DNA from: Dendrobates tinctorius
Taxonomy: Eukaryota
DNA: 64,000 nucleotides
Direction of reading: 5' to 3'
Assembly: GCF_039654945.1 (NCBI RefSeq)
Contig: NW_027361696.1
Span: 11,842,001 to 11,906,000 of the forward strand
In this document: in pieces, positions 60,476 to 64,000 of the stretch
Layout of the letters: each line of letters opens with the position of its first letter
Position numbering within the stretch: position 1 is the stretch's first letter
The notes under the pieces: model-generated
Seen by the model: only the letters and a program-made list of their open reading frames with translations
Databases searched by the model: none
Told to the model about the DNA's origin: nothing
Translations under genes and position numbers: made by a program

Positions 60476-63449
60476 CCCCTTTACCCCCAAGGGTGGTTGC
60501 ACGTTAATGAGAGAGCCAATGTTTACAATTCTGACCACTGTCCTTTTATGAGGTAATAACTCTGGAAAGCTTCCATGTTTCCCGGTGATTCTGACATTGT
60601 TTTCTCGTGACATATTGTACTTCATGTTAGTGGTAAAATTTCATTGATATAACTTGTGTTTATTTGTGAAAAAAACAGAAATTTGGCACAAATTTTGAAA
60701 ATGTCGCAATTTTACAACTTTTAATTTTTATGCCCTTAAATCAGAGAGATATGTCACACAAAAAACTTAATAAATAACTTTTCCCACATGTTTACTTTAT
60801 ATTAGCACAATTTGGGAACCCAAATTTCTTTTTGTTAGGAAGTTATAAGGGTTAAAATTTGACCAGCGATTTCTCATTTTTACAACACCATTTTATTTTT
60901 AGGGACCACATCACATTTGAAGCCACTTTGAGGGGTCTATATGATAGAAAATACCCAAAAGTGACACCATTCTAAAAACTGCACCCCTCAAGGTGCTCAA
61001 AACCACATTTCAGAAGATTATTAACTCTTCAGGTGCTTCACAGGAATTTTTTGTATGTTTAAAAAAAATGAACATTTAACTTTTTTCACAAAAAAAATTA
61101 CTTAAGGTCCAATTTTTTTTTATTTTACCAAGGGTAACAGGAGAAATTGGACTCCAAAAGTTATTGTGCAATTTGTCCTGAGTACGCCGATACCTGATAT
61201 GTGGGGGGACCACTGTTTCAGCGCATTGCAGAGCTCAGAAGGGAAGGAGCGCCGTTTGACTTTTTCAATGCAAAATTGGATGGAATTCAGATCGGACGCC
61301 ATGTCACGTTTGGAGAGCCCCTGATGTGCCTAAACAGTGGAAACCCCCCACAAGTGACCCCATTTTGAAAACTAGACCCCCAAGGAACTTATCTAGATAT
61401 GTGGTTAGAACTTTAAACCCCCAAGGGCTTCACAGAAGTTTATAACGTACAGCCGTAAAATTAAAAAATCATGTTTTTTCCACAAAAATGATCTTTTCAC
61501 CCTCAATTTTTATTTTCCCAAGGGTAACAGGACCCTAAAACTTATTGTGCAATTTGTCCTGAGTACGCTGATACCCCACATGTGGGGGTAAACCACTATT
61601 TGGACGCATAGCAGAGCTTGGAAGGGAAGCAGCGCCATTTGACTTTTTTGGCTGGAATTGAGATCGGACGCCATGCCGCGTTTGGAAAGCCCCTTATATG
61701 CCTAAACAATGGAAACCCCCCACAAATGACACCATTTTGGAAACTAGACCCCCCCCCCCCCAAGGAACTTATCTAGATGTGTGGTTAGCAGTTTTAACCC
61801 CCAAGGGCTTCACAGAAGTTTATAATGCCCGGGTGTGAAAATGAAAAAATATTTTTTCCACAAACATGATCTTTTAGTCCAAAATTTTTTAATTTGCTCA
61901 AGGGTAACAGGAGAAATTGGACCCCAAAAGTTGGTGTGAAATTTGTCCTGAGTAGGCTGATACCCCATATGTGGGGGTAAATCACTGTTTGGGCGTATGG
62001 CAGAGCTTGGAAGGGAAGGAGCACCGTTTGACCTTTCCAATGCAGAATTGGCTGGAATTGAGATCAGACGCCATGTTGCGTTTGGAGAGCACCTGATGTG
62101 CCCAAACAGTGGAAAGCCCCCAATTCTAACTCCAACCCTAACCCCAACACACCCCTAACCCTATCCCTATTCTTAGCCCTAACCCTAATGGAAAAATGGA
62201 AATAAATACATTTTTTTATTTTATTATTTTTCCCTAACTAAGGGGGTGATAAATGGGGGTTTGATTTACTATTTTTAGCGGGCTTTTATGTTTGGCAGCA
62301 GTCATACGCTAAAAGACGCTTTTTATTGTAAAAATAGTTTTTGCATCACCACATTTTGAGAGCTATAATTTTTCCATATTTTGATCCACCGAGTCATGTA
62401 ATGTCTTATTTTTTGCGGGACGAGTTGACGTTTTTATTGGTACCATTCTCGGGCACCAGCATTTCATGAATTTCTTTGTGGGGGGGGGGGGGGGACGTTT
62501 ACACCATTCCGCAGGTGGTAAAATTGATAAAGAAGTTTTATTCTTCGGGTCAGTACGATTACAGCGATACCTCATTTATGTCATTTTTTTTATGTTTTGC
62601 CGCTTTTATGCAATTAAAACAATTTTATGTAAAAAATAATTATTTTTGTATCGCTTTATTCTGCGAGCTATAACTTTTTTTCTTTTTTTCACTGATGACA
62701 CTGTGTTGCGGCTCATTTTTTCGGGACAAGATGACGTTTTCAGCGGTACCATGGTTATTTACATCCGTCTTTTTGATTGCGCATTATTGCACTTTTTGTT
62801 CGGCGGTATGATAATAAAGCATTGTTTTTTGCTTTGTTTTTTATTTTTATTTTTTAAGGGATTCACTAAAGGGGTTAACTAGTGGGACAGTTTTATAGGG
62901 CGGGTCGTTACGGACGCGGCAATACTAAATATGTGTACTTTTATTGTTTTGGGTTTTCTTATTTCTAAAAAATTAATTTATTAGGGAATATTTTTTTTTA
63001 AAACTTATTTAGGGATTTTTTTATAAATTATTTTTACCCTTTTTTTTATAACTTTATTTTATTGTCCCGGGGGGGACATCACTGTCTAGTGTCAGATCGC
63101 TGATCTGACACTTTGCACAGCACTCTGTCAGATAAGCGATCTGACAAGCGCTGCACAGGTTTCCTCCATGCAGGGAAGGAGACCCTCGGACAGCACAGCA
63201 CATCGCGCTGCTTGGGGGGTTTCAGGGAAGCACGGAGGGAGCCCCCTCCCTGCCAATTCTTCCCTAATCCCCTGTTACACTGCGATCATGTTTGATCGCA
63301 GTGTGCCAGGGGTTAACGTGCCGGGGGCGGTCCATGACCACCCATGACACATAGTGCCAGGTGTCAGCTGTGAAAATCATCTGACACCCAGCCGCAATCA
63401 GCAGCGCAGGTCACATGGACGGGATAGTACGTCCGATGGCAGAAAGAGG
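60476..63449. mobile_element. Non-autonomous piggyBac-like element (~3.0 kb), related to 57044-59808
   Basis: TTAA TSD, CCCCTTT...AAAGAGG termini; removal restores CR1 FNIFI|NDLVGG..FADDTKL; same internal tandem repeat in ~3 copies. Confidence 0.82.
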
Positions 63450-64000
63450 TTAATGACCTTGTAGGGGGCATTCAGAGTATAATTTCAATGTTTGCAGATG
63501 ACACTAAACTCTGCAGGGTAATCAATACAGAGGAGGACAATTTTATATTACATGAGGATTTATGTAAACTAGAAGCTTGGGCTGATAAATGGCAAATGAG
63601 CTTTAATGGGGATAAATGTAAGGTCATGCACTTTGGTAGAACAAACAAGATGTTTAATTACGTGCTTAATTGTAAAACACTGGGCAAAACTGTCACTGAA
63701 AAAGACCTGGGTGTATGGGTGGACGACAAACTCACATTTAGTGGCCAGTGTCAGGCAGCTGCTGCAAAGGCAAATAAAATAATGGGATCTATTAAAAGAG
63801 GCATAGATGCTCATGAGGAGAACATAATTTTACCTCTATACAAGTCACTAGTGCGACCACACTTAGAAAACTGCGTACAGTTCTGGTCTCCGGTGTATAA
63901 GAAAGACATAGCTGAACTGGAGCGGGTGCAGAGAAGAGCGACCAAGGTTATTAGGGAACTGGGGGGTCTACAATACCCAGACAGGTTATTACACCTGGGG

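Larger units (their letters stand above)
55415..64000 (+). mobile_element. CR1-clade LINE (ORF1 esterase end plus ORF2), degenerate, split by two piggyBac-like insertions; runs off the window
   Basis: ORF1 SGNH/esterase tail (DGLHLN); ORF2 YTNARSL, MGDFN, LDLILTN, GNSDH; [45 protein letters not shown]. Confidence 0.92.

Overview
Vertebrate genomic DNA, probably anuran (frog) judging from the repeat families; the taxon is an inference. Bases 1-30727 hold 33 consecutive + strand coding exons of HSPG2 (perlecan): the last Ig modules of domain IV, then domain V/endorepellin (LG1, EGF-EGF, LG2, EGF-EGF, the EGSGGN|D linker and the start of LG3). All splice sites are canonical GT-AG with consistent phases. 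Most introns longer than about 400 bp carry their own unrelated minisatellite. One of these arrays amplified the exon end together with its 5' splice donor about 10 times. I found no further HSPG2 exon in the remaining 33 kb, which is almost entirely transposon sequence. It includes a six-level nest with recognisable target-site duplications (tandem repeat > Tc1 > solo LTR > full-length L1 > MITEs, SINE and an intact Tc1 > hAT-like element). It also holds an inverted second copy of the Tc1/LTR junction, a near-intact second Tc1, an L2, a degenerate hammerhead-like motif, and a CR1 split by two TTAA-flanked piggyBac-like elements carrying telomere-like repeats. Coordinates were read by eye and may be off by a few bases. 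No database search was possible.
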